A stretch of 64,000 bases of DNA from an uncultured Candidatus Saccharibacteria bacterium. GTDB taxonomy: Bacteria; Patescibacteriota; Minisyncoccia; Phycocordibacterales; UBA5272. Both the position numbers and the translations under genes were made by a program. The stretch spans positions 2,489 to 66,488 of the forward strand of contig CAYXKW010000006.1 of the NCBI GenBank assembly GCA_964464695.1. Reading direction: 5' to 3'. Under the pieces are notes generated by a model. The model saw only the letters and a program-made list of their open reading frames with translations, searched no databases and was not told the origin of the DNA. Positions 30,695 through 39,314 of the stretch are shown here, one piece after another (position 1 is the stretch's first letter; the number at the start of each line of letters is the position of its first letter).

Positions 30695-30914
30695 TTTCAG
30701 CTAAAAATAGTTTTCACAAATCAATAACAATAGAGGAAGGGAGTGCAGGTACTCCATGCTCCAAAAATCAGCCATAGAATTTCTTGGCTGATTTTTGTCA
30801 TGACATAAACACTAAAATTTCTGATTCAGATTAAGGTAGCAGTATTCTAATTTTTGTTGATCTGAATGTTTTTCTAGAAAATGCATACTATATAAAAAAG
30901 TGTTAGAATTGACA

Positions 30915-31066
30915 GGCACAATCGCGTGCGCACTAGGAGAGTTGCTAATGCGTGAGGAAGTCACCTACTGATTGCAGGCCTACGGGAGAATGCCGTCGCA
31001 CGCATCAGGCGATATAAGGCCATACCTCCCAGAAACCCCAGATCCGCTAATAACGGGTCTGGTTTT
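30915..31066 (+). ncRNA. Candidate structured RNA or leader ending in an intrinsic terminator, immediately upstream of the M3 peptidase gene
   Basis: Locally GC-rich ~150 nt. Long-range pairing GCGTGCG(30925)/CGCACGC(30997), an internal hairpin GTGA-GGAAG-TCAC, and a terminator CCAGATCCG-CTAATAA-CGGGTCTGG-TTTT (31038-31066). TTGACA at 30909. No match to a riboswitch class I can recognise. Confidence 0.25.
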
Positions 31067-31090
31067 ATTGTATGTTAGAATAGACTGATT

Positions 31091-33106
31091 ATGATTACAA
31101 AAACGCTCCCTCTCACATCAAAAGATTTCACTTGGGTAAACATGACTCCTGCGCTTATGAAAAAGCAGGCAGATGCATATATCTCTCACAAGAAAAAAGC
31201 CTACAGTGAAATAAAAAAGATTCTTCCTGAGAATCGTACGTTTTTAAATACACTTTATGCACTTGAACGATGTGACGACTCTTTTGATAACTTTTTCAGT
31301 AAGATGGGGTTGCTCTCAGAAGTTTCACCAAAAAAAGAAGTACGTGATGTTGCACACCAAGTTGCGACAGATTTGTCTCAGAAATTGGTGGATATTGAAT
31401 ATGACAGAGACTTATTTATTGCACTCACTGAGTACTATGAAGGGAATTTTAGTGATGAGAAGAAAAGTTTAAGAAAGGAAGACATAAAATTGCTAGAAGA
31501 TACCATTCGTGAATACAAGCGTATGGGCTTTGATTTGCCAGATGAAAAGCAGAAAAGATTAAAGCTTCTTATGAAGAAGACATCCAAACTTTCTATCGCG
31601 TTTCGGCAAAATATTAATGACTATCAAGACTATATTCTCTGTTCTAAAGAAGAGTTGTCTGGTCTTTCAGAAAGATTTATTTCGACACTTCCACAAAATG
31701 AGAAAGGTGCATATCTCGTAACACTTCAATATCCGCACATTGGTCCGTTTATGGCAGAAGCTAATAATAGAGAAAAAAGAAAAGAACTTGCAGAAAAGAA
31801 TCTCAAGAAAGGTGGTTTGAAAAACTTGAAAATAATTGAGGAACTAGTTGTGTTGCGTCAAGAAATTGCAAAAATTCTCGGTTATAAACATCATGCAGAT
31901 TTTAGAACAGAAAATAGAATGGCTAAAAGTGCTCAAGTTGCAGAGGAGTTTCAGGAATCATTGTTAAAAAAATGTGCACCTGGTGCAAAAACTGATCTCG
32001 ACACCTTACAAAAACATGCAAAAACAATTGGTATTAAGAAACTGGAACACTATGATATTGGGTACGTTGCAACGAATCTCAAGAAAAAGTTGTATGACCT
32101 TGACCCAGAAACAGTAAAGGGGTACTTCCCACTCGAACATGTAAAAGCTGAGATGTTTAAACTCTGCGAAGCACTCTTTTCTATTTCTATTAAAGAAATT
32201 GAGGGTAAGCTTTGGCATAAAGACGTGAAGTTGTTTCAAGTTGATGACTCGGCACAGGAAAATAAAGGTGGACTCATTGGTTATTTTACAATGGATGTTT
32301 TTCCACGTGATGGAAAGTTTGGTCATGCGGCGATGTTTGATGTTATTGTTCCTCATGAAGAAGGATATGGAACAGAAGCATATGTTGCCCCATTGTCAGG
32401 AATGGTCTGTAATTTCCCTGCACCAACAAAAAAAGTTCCATCGTTGCTTTCGGTTGATGAAGTAGAGACACTATTTCATGAGTTTGGTCACTGTCTTCAT
32501 ATGACGTTATCTCGCTCACGCCACGAGTCACAAGCAGGAGCTAGTGTTGCGTGGGACTTTGTCGAGACACCATCACAAATCATGGAGAACTGGGTATGGG
32601 ACAAAGAAGTAATGAAGAAACTCACAAAACATTATGAGTCAGGGGAGCATATGGATGATGCAATGATAGACAGAATAATTAACGGAAAGAAATTCCAGAG
32701 CGCATACTTTTACTCTCGGCAACTTGTCATGGGAAAACTCGATTTAGATTTACACACTGGTAAAGTAAAAGATGCACGTGTTGCATACAGAAAAATGAGT
32801 AAACTTTATTTCAACATTGAGCTCCCAGAAAAGGAGACACTTTTCCCAGCAGGATTTGGTCATCTCGTTGGATATGATGCTGGATACTACTCATACCTCT
32901 GGGCACTTGTCTATGCATGTGATGCGTTTGAGAGTTTTAAGACAAAAGGAAATAAAAATCTCATGACAAATAAAGAAGTCGGTATGAGATGGCGTCGTGA
33001 AGTGCTAGAGAAGGGGTCAAGTGATGACGAAATGAAACTTGTAAAAAATTTTCTTGGCCGCGCACCAAATCAGAAAGCGTTTTTGAAGGAGGTGATAGGT
33101 CAATAA
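31091..33106 (+). CDS. M3-family zinc metallopeptidase (oligopeptidase A / thimet-like)
   Basis: HEFGHCLH (HExxH) plus a downstream E, 671 aa, M3 family architecture. Confidence 0.85.
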   Translation: MITKTLPLTSKDFTWVNMTPALMKKQADAYISHKKKAYSEIKKILPENRTFLNTLYALERCDDSFDNFFSKMGLLSEVSPKKEVRDVAHQVATDLSQKLVDIEYDRDLFIALTEYYEGNFSDEKKSLRKEDIKLLEDTIREYKRMGFDLPDEKQKRLKLLMKKTSKLSIAFRQNINDYQDYILCSKEELSGLSERFISTLPQNEKGAYLVTLQYPHIGPFMAEANNREKRKELAEKNLKKGGLKNLKIIEELVVLRQEIAKILGYKHHADFRTENRMAKSAQVAEEFQESLLKKCAPGAKTDLDTLQKHAKTIGIKKLEHYDIGYVATNLKKKLYDLDPETVKGYFPLEHVKAEMFKLCEALFSISIKEIEGKLWHKDVKLFQVDDSAQENKGGLIGYFTMDVFPRDGKFGHAAMFDVIVPHEEGYGTEAYVAPLSGMVCNFPAPTKKVPSLLSVDEVETLFHEFGHCLHMTLSRSRHESQAGASVAWDFVETPSQIMENWVWDKEVMKKLTKHYESGEHMDDAMIDRIINGKKFQSAYFYSRQLVMGKLDLDLHTGKVKDARVAYRKMSKLYFNIELPEKETLFPAGFGHLVGYDAGYYSYLWALVYACDAFESFKTKGNKNLMTNKEVGMRWRREVLEKGSSDDEMKLVKNFLGRAPNQKAFLKEVIGQ

Positions 33107-33252
33107 AAAAAGCAGACGTTTGTGCGTCTGCAAAGCTTCCGTAGAAGCACCCTTGGTCCGTTAACTTAGGCGTATGTAGTCCTTGAGTGCCTCGTAAGAC
33201 ACTCTCAACCTACAGGATAAATGATGGTTACATTGTCCGCCTAAGACCTCGG
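33107..33252 (-). ncRNA. Candidate small RNA on the minus strand with its own -10 box and intrinsic terminator
   Basis: On the minus strand, TATAAT lies at 33259-33264. The transcript is rod-like: GUCCG/CGGAC and CUUAGGCG/CGCCUAAG outer helices, UGUAG/CUACA and GAGUG/CACUC inner helices, a large asymmetric internal loop, then a GCUUC-UACG-GAAGC hairpin and a terminator GCAGACG-CACAAA-CGUCUGC-U7 (33112-33131). No ORF. Confidence 0.3.
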
Positions 33253-33371
33253 ACACTCATTATACGGAGTATCGAAAGAAAAGTAAAATCACGCCGTATT
33301 TGTATTATTTTATGGTTATAGCGCCGTGTTATATTTTGCATTCTGTAATATGCTCGGTGTATACTTATCCT

Positions 33372-34178
33372 ATGAGTACTCGCGATGATGAAATTGAAGA
33401 TGAAATAGTTAGGGAGGAACCTGAAGAAGAGGTTGAGCGCCACACTAAACCCCATGACTCTTATAGGGAGGCGACTACAACTGACGACGTTGAAGATATG
33501 ACTCAACCCCCGCTTGAACCACAAATAGAAGAGCTGGAACAGGAGTTAGAATTAACAATGAAAGCAGTAGGACTTACCCCAGAAGTCGATGAAGCACCTG
33601 AAGAAGTTATGGAAGTGGGAAAAGTTGAGGATCTTCCTCGCGTTAATGATGTTGATCCTTCTTATGGCAGTAATGTCGTTACCCAAGATGAGATTCTTGC
33701 TATTAAGGATCCTGTTGTAACAAATGTAGACATTCAAGCAGAAGTTGCCCATGAGGAAATTGTCCCTGAAGTAATCAATAATCAAGAGGTAGTTCTTCCT
33801 GAAGCGTCAACAGATCTACAACAAGCGGGTACACCACAGCAGGTAGAAGAAGGAGGGTACCACACTGTTTCGGGAGGCCCAGAAACAATTCATGATAAAT
33901 ATGTAGTTGGTAAAAATGGCACTTCTTCAGATCCTTTGAATTCATCACAATATTCAAGCGCTCAGGCTGCGTCAGGGTATTCTATTCCCAATCAAAATTA
34001 TGTAGCGCCACAGCCAATGGATTTACAAACGCAGAGTAACTTCGGTTCATTTTTCATGTTAATAATCCTAGCCATTTTCGGAGGAGCAATTTCTTATGTG
34101 TATTTTTATATGCCACAAACATTTGATCAGATTTTTGATGCTATAGTAATAATAAAAAATCAGTTACTAAAACAGTAA
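33372..34178 (+). CDS. Highly acidic protein with a single C-terminal TM anchor
   Basis: D/E-rich for ~240 aa, then FGSFFMLIILAIFGGAISYVYFY. No homology is recognisable. Confidence 0.4.
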   Translation: MSTRDDEIEDEIVREEPEEEVERHTKPHDSYREATTTDDVEDMTQPPLEPQIEELEQELELTMKAVGLTPEVDEAPEEVMEVGKVEDLPRVNDVDPSYGSNVVTQDEILAIKDPVVTNVDIQAEVAHEEIVPEVINNQEVVLPEASTDLQQAGTPQQVEEGGYHTVSGGPETIHDKYVVGKNGTSSDPLNSSQYSSAQAASGYSIPNQNYVAPQPMDLQTQSNFGSFFMLIILAIFGGAISYVYFYMPQTFDQIFDAIVIIKNQLLKQ

Positions 34179-34341
34179 GAAAGGGTTTTGACATATCCGA
34201 TTCAGTAGGCTCGTATACTAGCGTTTTTCTAAAAAATGTGTTATTATATCTTCCACCTAAGCGGCTTTGACCGCTTTATGTTTTTCTCAAGGGTGATTCA
34301 TTTTATTAGCAACATCCCTTTGAAATTAATTAACTATAACC

Positions 34342-36126
34342 ATGCAACAAGAAATTCGTAATATCGCCATAATCGCTCACGTTGACCACGGAAAAACAAC
34401 GCTCACAGACGCACTCATGCAACAGTGTGGTGTTGGTGTTGAAGGTCAAACAATGGACTCAAATCCAATGGAAAAAGAGCGCGGCATTACAATTACTGCA
34501 AAGAATACTTCTGTACCATACAAGGGAGTGAAGATAAACATTCTTGATACCCCAGGTCACGCTGACTTCGGTTCTGAAGTGGAGCGAGTATTACGCGCTA
34601 TCGACTGTGTGCTTCTGGTTGTTGATGCTCAAGAAGGTCCAATGCCTCAGACACGTTTCGTGCTCAAGAAATCTCTAGAACTAGGACTTAAGCCAATTGT
34701 TGTTATCAATAAAATTGATAAGCCGGCAGCAGATGCAAGTCGAGTGCACGATGAGGTGTTTGAACTATTCTTGGAACTAGGTGCAACTGATGAACAGTTA
34801 GACTTTACAACTGTATATGCAATTGGACGCCAAGGTGTTGCGATGAGAACAATGGATGATGAGCGAAAGGATCTTACACCACTACTTGATATTATTTTAG
34901 AAAAAGTACCAAAGGCTACGGGAGATATTAACAATCCATTTAAGGCTCAAGTGTTTAACTTAGCATACGATAACTTCTTAGGTCGTATTGCTGTCGCTCG
35001 TATTTATGATGGAGTTGCAAAAGTTGGTGAAGAAATAACTGTTAAGAAAGCTACAGGGGAAATGCGAAAGGGCAAGATTACAAAAATTTATACCTTTAAC
35101 GGTATCGCTCGAGTGGATGCACAAACTGCAGAAGCAGGAGATATTGCTATGATTGCAGGATTTTCTGATATTTTTATTGGTGAGACTTTTGTAAAAAATG
35201 CTGACCAAGAGCCGATGGGTGCAATTCATATTGATGAGCCAACGATTGCGCTTAACTTCCTCGTTAACGATTCACCATTTGCTGGAAAAGAAGGAAAGTT
35301 CGTAACGGGACGTCAAATTCGTGACCGTCTTGAGAAAGAGCTTGAGATAAACGTAGGGCTTCGTGTTGATTTTGATACAGATAAGTATCTCGTGTACGGT
35401 CGTGGAGAGTTACACATCGGTGTGCTTCTTGAAACAATGCGTCGTGAAGGGTATGAGCTCCAAGTGTCACAACCACAAGTTATTTTCCATGAAAATAATG
35501 GAGTGAAAGAAGAGCCGTATGAAGAGCTTGTTATTGATGTACCAGTAGAATCTTCTGGTGTTGTTATGGAAAAACTTGGTCGTCGTAAAGCGATGATTAC
35601 AGATATGTCAGAAAAAAATGGTATCAATCGTATTAAGGCGGAAATCCCAACCCGTGGCCTTCTTGGGTATCGTGGAGAATTCGTGATTGATACGAAAGGT
35701 CTTGGTATTTTATCTGCTCGATATCTCAAGTTTGCACCATATGCAGGTGAAATTGTTCGACGCCTTGTTGGATCTATGACTTCAATGGCTGCAGGGAAGT
35801 CTCTTGCATTCTCACTGTGGAATCTTCAGGATCGTGGAGTTATTTATATCCTTCCGACAACAGAAGTCTATGAAGGTATGGTTATCGGTAACACTTCCAA
35901 AGGGGAAGAAATGATGGTGAACCCAACGAAAGGAAAGCAACTTTCTAACATGAGATCTTCTGGAGCTGATGAAGCTATCGTTCTTGTGCCTGCATGGGAA
36001 ATTACCATTGAGAGAGGTCTTGAAATCATGAATGCTGATGAGTATCTTGAAGTAACACCGAAGTCAGTGAGACTGCGCAAACAATTACTCACAGAAAGCG
36101 AGCGTTCAAGATCGGGGAGAAAATAA
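34342..36126 (+). CDS. typA: Translational GTPase TypA/BipA
   Basis: AIIAHVDHGKTTL, DTPGHADF, NKID; 594 aa with the BipA C-terminal domain. Confidence 0.9.
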   Translation: MQQEIRNIAIIAHVDHGKTTLTDALMQQCGVGVEGQTMDSNPMEKERGITITAKNTSVPYKGVKINILDTPGHADFGSEVERVLRAIDCVLLVVDAQEGPMPQTRFVLKKSLELGLKPIVVINKIDKPAADASRVHDEVFELFLELGATDEQLDFTTVYAIGRQGVAMRTMDDERKDLTPLLDIILEKVPKATGDINNPFKAQVFNLAYDNFLGRIAVARIYDGVAKVGEEITVKKATGEMRKGKITKIYTFNGIARVDAQTAEAGDIAMIAGFSDIFIGETFVKNADQEPMGAIHIDEPTIALNFLVNDSPFAGKEGKFVTGRQIRDRLEKELEINVGLRVDFDTDKYLVYGRGELHIGVLLETMRREGYELQVSQPQVIFHENNGVKEEPYEELVIDVPVESSGVVMEKLGRRKAMITDMSEKNGINRIKAEIPTRGLLGYRGEFVIDTKGLGILSARYLKFAPYAGEIVRRLVGSMTSMAAGKSLAFSLWNLQDRGVIYILPTTEVYEGMVIGNTSKGEEMMVNPTKGKQLSNMRSSGADEAIVLVPAWEITIERGLEIMNADEYLEVTPKSVRLRKQLLTESERSRSGRK

Positions 36127-36170
36127 TAGTTTTGTTAGACTGTAGCTAGTAGCCTTTAGCTTTAGATGCA

Positions 36171-36731
36171 ATGAAAAAAAATAAACATAATAAACAAAAG
36201 TATCGTTCACAAGAAACACCTGTGAAGTGGTCTTTTGTGGTGCGTGCTGTGCGAAATGTTGGGTTAGGTCTACTTCTTGTTGGTTTGTTTTTTTCAAGTA
36301 TGTATGGGTTTAAGTGTCTCACCACAAAAGTATGTGATTCAATTGTGGTTGATAAGTTCGTACGACATGATCTAACAATCCTTATGCCAAAAGGGGCTCT
36401 TAGTGTAGAGGTTGTAGATACTGTGGCATCTCGAGAATTAGGGCTTTCAGGAAGAACAAAAATGGGAGACGACGAAGGAATGTTATTTATTTTTGACGCT
36501 CCTGGACGGTATGGTTTTTGGATGAAGGATATGGCTTTCCCTTTAGATATTGTTTGGATTAATCAAAATGGTGTTGTTGTGAACATTGAGCGAGATCTTA
36601 CTCCAGAGTCTTATAATCAAAAGAAAACATTTATTAATCAGGCGGACGCAAGTTATGTACTTGAGGTTAATGCTGGCATGGCTGCGAAGTTTGGACTCTA
36701 TCTTGGATCAAAAGTAAAAATTGTCGATTAA
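36171..36731 (+). CDS. DUF192 (COG1430) family protein with an N-terminal TM
   Basis: MLFIFDAPGRYGFWMKDMAFPLDIVWINQNGVVVNI matches the DUF192 signature. Confidence 0.7.
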   Translation: MKKNKHNKQKYRSQETPVKWSFVVRAVRNVGLGLLLVGLFFSSMYGFKCLTTKVCDSIVVDKFVRHDLTILMPKGALSVEVVDTVASRELGLSGRTKMGDDEGMLFIFDAPGRYGFWMKDMAFPLDIVWINQNGVVVNIERDLTPESYNQKKTFINQADASYVLEVNAGMAAKFGLYLGSKVKIVD

Positions 36732-36970
36732 AAATAAAATTTGGCGAACTACTCGACTTTTCTAATATAAGTTTAGTCTCCAACAAAATAAGAAGCACTG
36801 CACTGCGACTATATTTTGTGCAGTACAGAATAATGAGCGTAGCGACTATATTCTGCCGCCCTACCTGCACATAGAACTTTCCAAACATTACATTAGTCCA
36901 AGTCTGCGTATTTCATCCAGAATTTTACTTTTTGTAATATGACTAATTGATTGTGTGGGCATGGAAAAGA

Positions 36971-36996
36971 AAAAGTGGCACCTTGCGGTGCCACTT
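36971..36996 (-). terminator. Intrinsic terminator of rnpB (minus strand: GUGGCACC-GCAA-GGUGCCAC-U5)
   Basis: Perfect 8-bp stem with a GNRA loop and a T-run on the minus strand. Confidence 0.7.
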
Positions 36997-37003
36997 TCCC
37001 ATC

Positions 37004-37348
37004 TTTGTTCTACCTATAAGCCGAATTCTGTCCGTGTGGTTACCCACACTGTGTAATCATGTATCTGGGCGCCGTGTTACCACTTCGCTCAAGCGACGCT
37101 CCCATATTGCTACGGGCACGGTCTTGCACACACGTAAGGATTTAGCCGTTTCAATCTCACCTCTCGGTAAGCATATTCCCGAAGGAATCCTAGCCTTTCG
37201 GCATCGGCGTCACTGCTCGCACCTCTGTAGTTGCCTACGACGGGGGTTACCCGCTACGCTTATTTTATTTAAAAAATTGAGTGTTCGGACTTTCCTCTCT
37301 CAAGGCTACATTTAAAACTGTAAGAGCGATTACCCAGTAGAACGTTGT
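37004..37348 (-). ncRNA. rnpB: RNase P RNA (ribozyme subunit), compact at about 345 nt
   Basis: Minus-strand sequence contains the P4 strands GAGAGGAAAGUCCGAACAC and ACAGAAUUCGGCUUAUAGG, a 5' segment GGGUAAUCGCU as in Bacillus-type RNase P RNA, GGGUAACCCCCG and GUGGUAACACGGCGCC modules, and a P1 helix GUUCUAC (37338-37344) with GUAGAAC (37008-37014). Confidence 0.85.
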
Positions 37349-37418
37349 AACAATACAACTAAATAGTATAAAAAGCAAATCATACAGTGCTTTTATGATA
37401 ACTTTTTGTTAGTATTAA

Positions 37419-38699
37419 ATGAACATGATTTTCAAAAATTCAGTACTTCTCGCAGTATTTTCTATTCTTTCTGTGCTACTTGGAATTGTGCGAGACAGAC
37501 TTCTCGCAACTCAAGTTGGTGTTGGTCCAATTTTGGATATATATAATGCAGCATTTAGGCTTCCAGATTTTTTGTATGCAATGTCACTTGCCTTTGTGAC
37601 CGCAGGGACTGTGGTCCCATTCCTTACTGTAGAAAATAAGTCAGGGGATATCGTCGATTCACGGCATAAGTTGTCGTCAGTCGCACTCTTCTTCGGAGGA
37701 GCTGCGTCACTTATCGCGGTTATTATAGTAATAACCATACCGTTATATGCAAAATTTATTGTTCCTGGGTTTACAGAAGAACAATTAGATCTCTTTATAA
37801 CCACAACTCGTATTATGATGATTCAGCCAATTATTCTAGGTATTACATCTCTCATCTCATGTTTTGCACAACTAAAGAATCATTTTGTACTTTATGGTAT
37901 TGCGCCACTTGGATATTCGCTTGGAATTATTTTTGGAATCGTAGAATTGTACCCACGTTACGGTGTGCATGGTCTTATCTATGGAGTACTTATTGGCGCA
38001 GTATTCTCGCTCGGTATTCAGTCTTTCTCACTTCGAAAGGCTAAGATGCTTGATGTTCTGCCGTACTTCGCAGGTAAACATATTAAAGAATTATTTCATC
38101 TTGCTCTTCCTCGTTCAGGGGTTAACGTACTCACACAGCTTCGTGTTATTTTCTTCACTGCATTTGCAACAACACTTGGCCCTGGGGTACTCTCGAGCTA
38201 TCTTTTTGCGCAACGTATTACGGATGCAGTTCAGCAGATTATTCAGCAGAGTATTACAACCGCAAGCCTCCCTGTGCTTTCGAAAGAATTTATTGAAAAT
38301 AGATTTACCGAGTATAAACAAGTGGTAAAGCGTTACGTTTTATTTCTAGGAACTATTGGAATCTTTGCTTCTATTTTCCTGTATCTCCTTCAGGATATTG
38401 TAATCAGTATTTTATATGGGAATACTGATGCAAACCAAATGATTGCTTTTTTCTTGATCGGATTCCTGGTGGCGCTCCCACTTCAGATGATGATAGGATT
38501 CTTTTCGATCAGTCTCTATTCTGCAAAAGATACAAAAAGTGTTTTTTATTCAAATACGATTTCCACGCTTGTTGCAGTCTTTACGTGTTATGCAACGCAA
38601 CCACTCGGGAATATTAGTCTGGTCTACGGAGTAATCGCAATGGCGATTTCAAACTTCATAACTATTTCACTTTTATATGGGAGGAAAAAATTAGTCTAA
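37419..38699 (+). CDS. murJ: Lipid II flippase MurJ/MviN family
   Basis: N-terminus SILSVLLGIVRDRLLATQVG...NAAFRLPDFLYAMSLAFVTAGTVVPFL matches the MurJ signature; about 12 TM. Confidence 0.7.
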   Translation: MNMIFKNSVLLAVFSILSVLLGIVRDRLLATQVGVGPILDIYNAAFRLPDFLYAMSLAFVTAGTVVPFLTVENKSGDIVDSRHKLSSVALFFGGAASLIAVIIVITIPLYAKFIVPGFTEEQLDLFITTTRIMMIQPIILGITSLISCFAQLKNHFVLYGIAPLGYSLGIIFGIVELYPRYGVHGLIYGVLIGAVFSLGIQSFSLRKAKMLDVLPYFAGKHIKELFHLALPRSGVNVLTQLRVIFFTAFATTLGPGVLSSYLFAQRITDAVQQIIQQSITTASLPVLSKEFIENRFTEYKQVVKRYVLFLGTIGIFASIFLYLLQDIVISILYGNTDANQMIAFFLIGFLVALPLQMMIGFFSISLYSAKDTKSVFYSNTISTLVAVFTCYATQPLGNISLVYGVIAMAISNFITISLLYGRKKLV

Positions 38700-38766
38700 G
38701 TAACACCTCCATATTTTGTAAATTTAGTGTAGTATGTAAGTAAGTACTTTTACCTAGGGAGGTTAC

Positions 38767-39243
38767 ATGATAAAAGTTGCAGATCTTTATAGTGGTGGTT
38801 ATTTTACAGCACTGCAAACAAGTCGAATTCTTAGCCAAGTGAGTAGGCCTTTTCTTCAGAAAGAAGATAAGGTGCAGATTGCAAAACATGCGATCGGAGA
38901 ACTTTCTTGGAGTTATAGTACCGGAGGTATTTCTGCAGGCCGTTCCTTGAGGTCAGTTGTTTTAGATGAAGCTATTTCTTGCCTCAACTCTGACCTCATT
39001 GAAGAAACTAAAGAACTGATTGCTGTTTTACTTGCAATGTATCACAGTGCAGACTATATCAATAAAAAAAATTGGTATGACTACCATGTGACTATGGAGA
39101 GTCTTCCGGTTCAGCACAGAATATGGCTTTTAACGATTGCGTATGGGCTTAATGTTACTGAAATGCCAGATATTACTACTTGTACAGATGAATATATTTT
39201 TGCATTAGTGGCAACATCAAAAACTACAAGGCGAAAGAAATGA
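38767..39243 (+). CDS. Hypothetical protein (158 aa)
   Basis: ORF with no recognisable motif; immediately upstream of lepA. Confidence 0.3.
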   Translation: MIKVADLYSGGYFTALQTSRILSQVSRPFLQKEDKVQIAKHAIGELSWSYSTGGISAGRSLRSVVLDEAISCLNSDLIEETKELIAVLLAMYHSADYINKKNWYDYHVTMESLPVQHRIWLLTIAYGLNVTEMPDITTCTDEYIFALVATSKTTRRKK

Positions 39244-39314
39244 GCCAACAACAAAGGGTGACCAAAAGGTCACCCTTTATAATTGGGTCATTTTCGTGTA
39301 GTATAGAAAGACTT

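Noticed and set aside
30905-31066. SRP RNA, fluoride, yybP-ykoY or cobalamin riboswitch assignment for the structured element before the M3 peptidase gene
   Set aside because: Partial resemblances only (a GGAA-containing loop and AGGAGAGUUGCU). None of the full conserved cores match, so it is reported only as an unclassified candidate.
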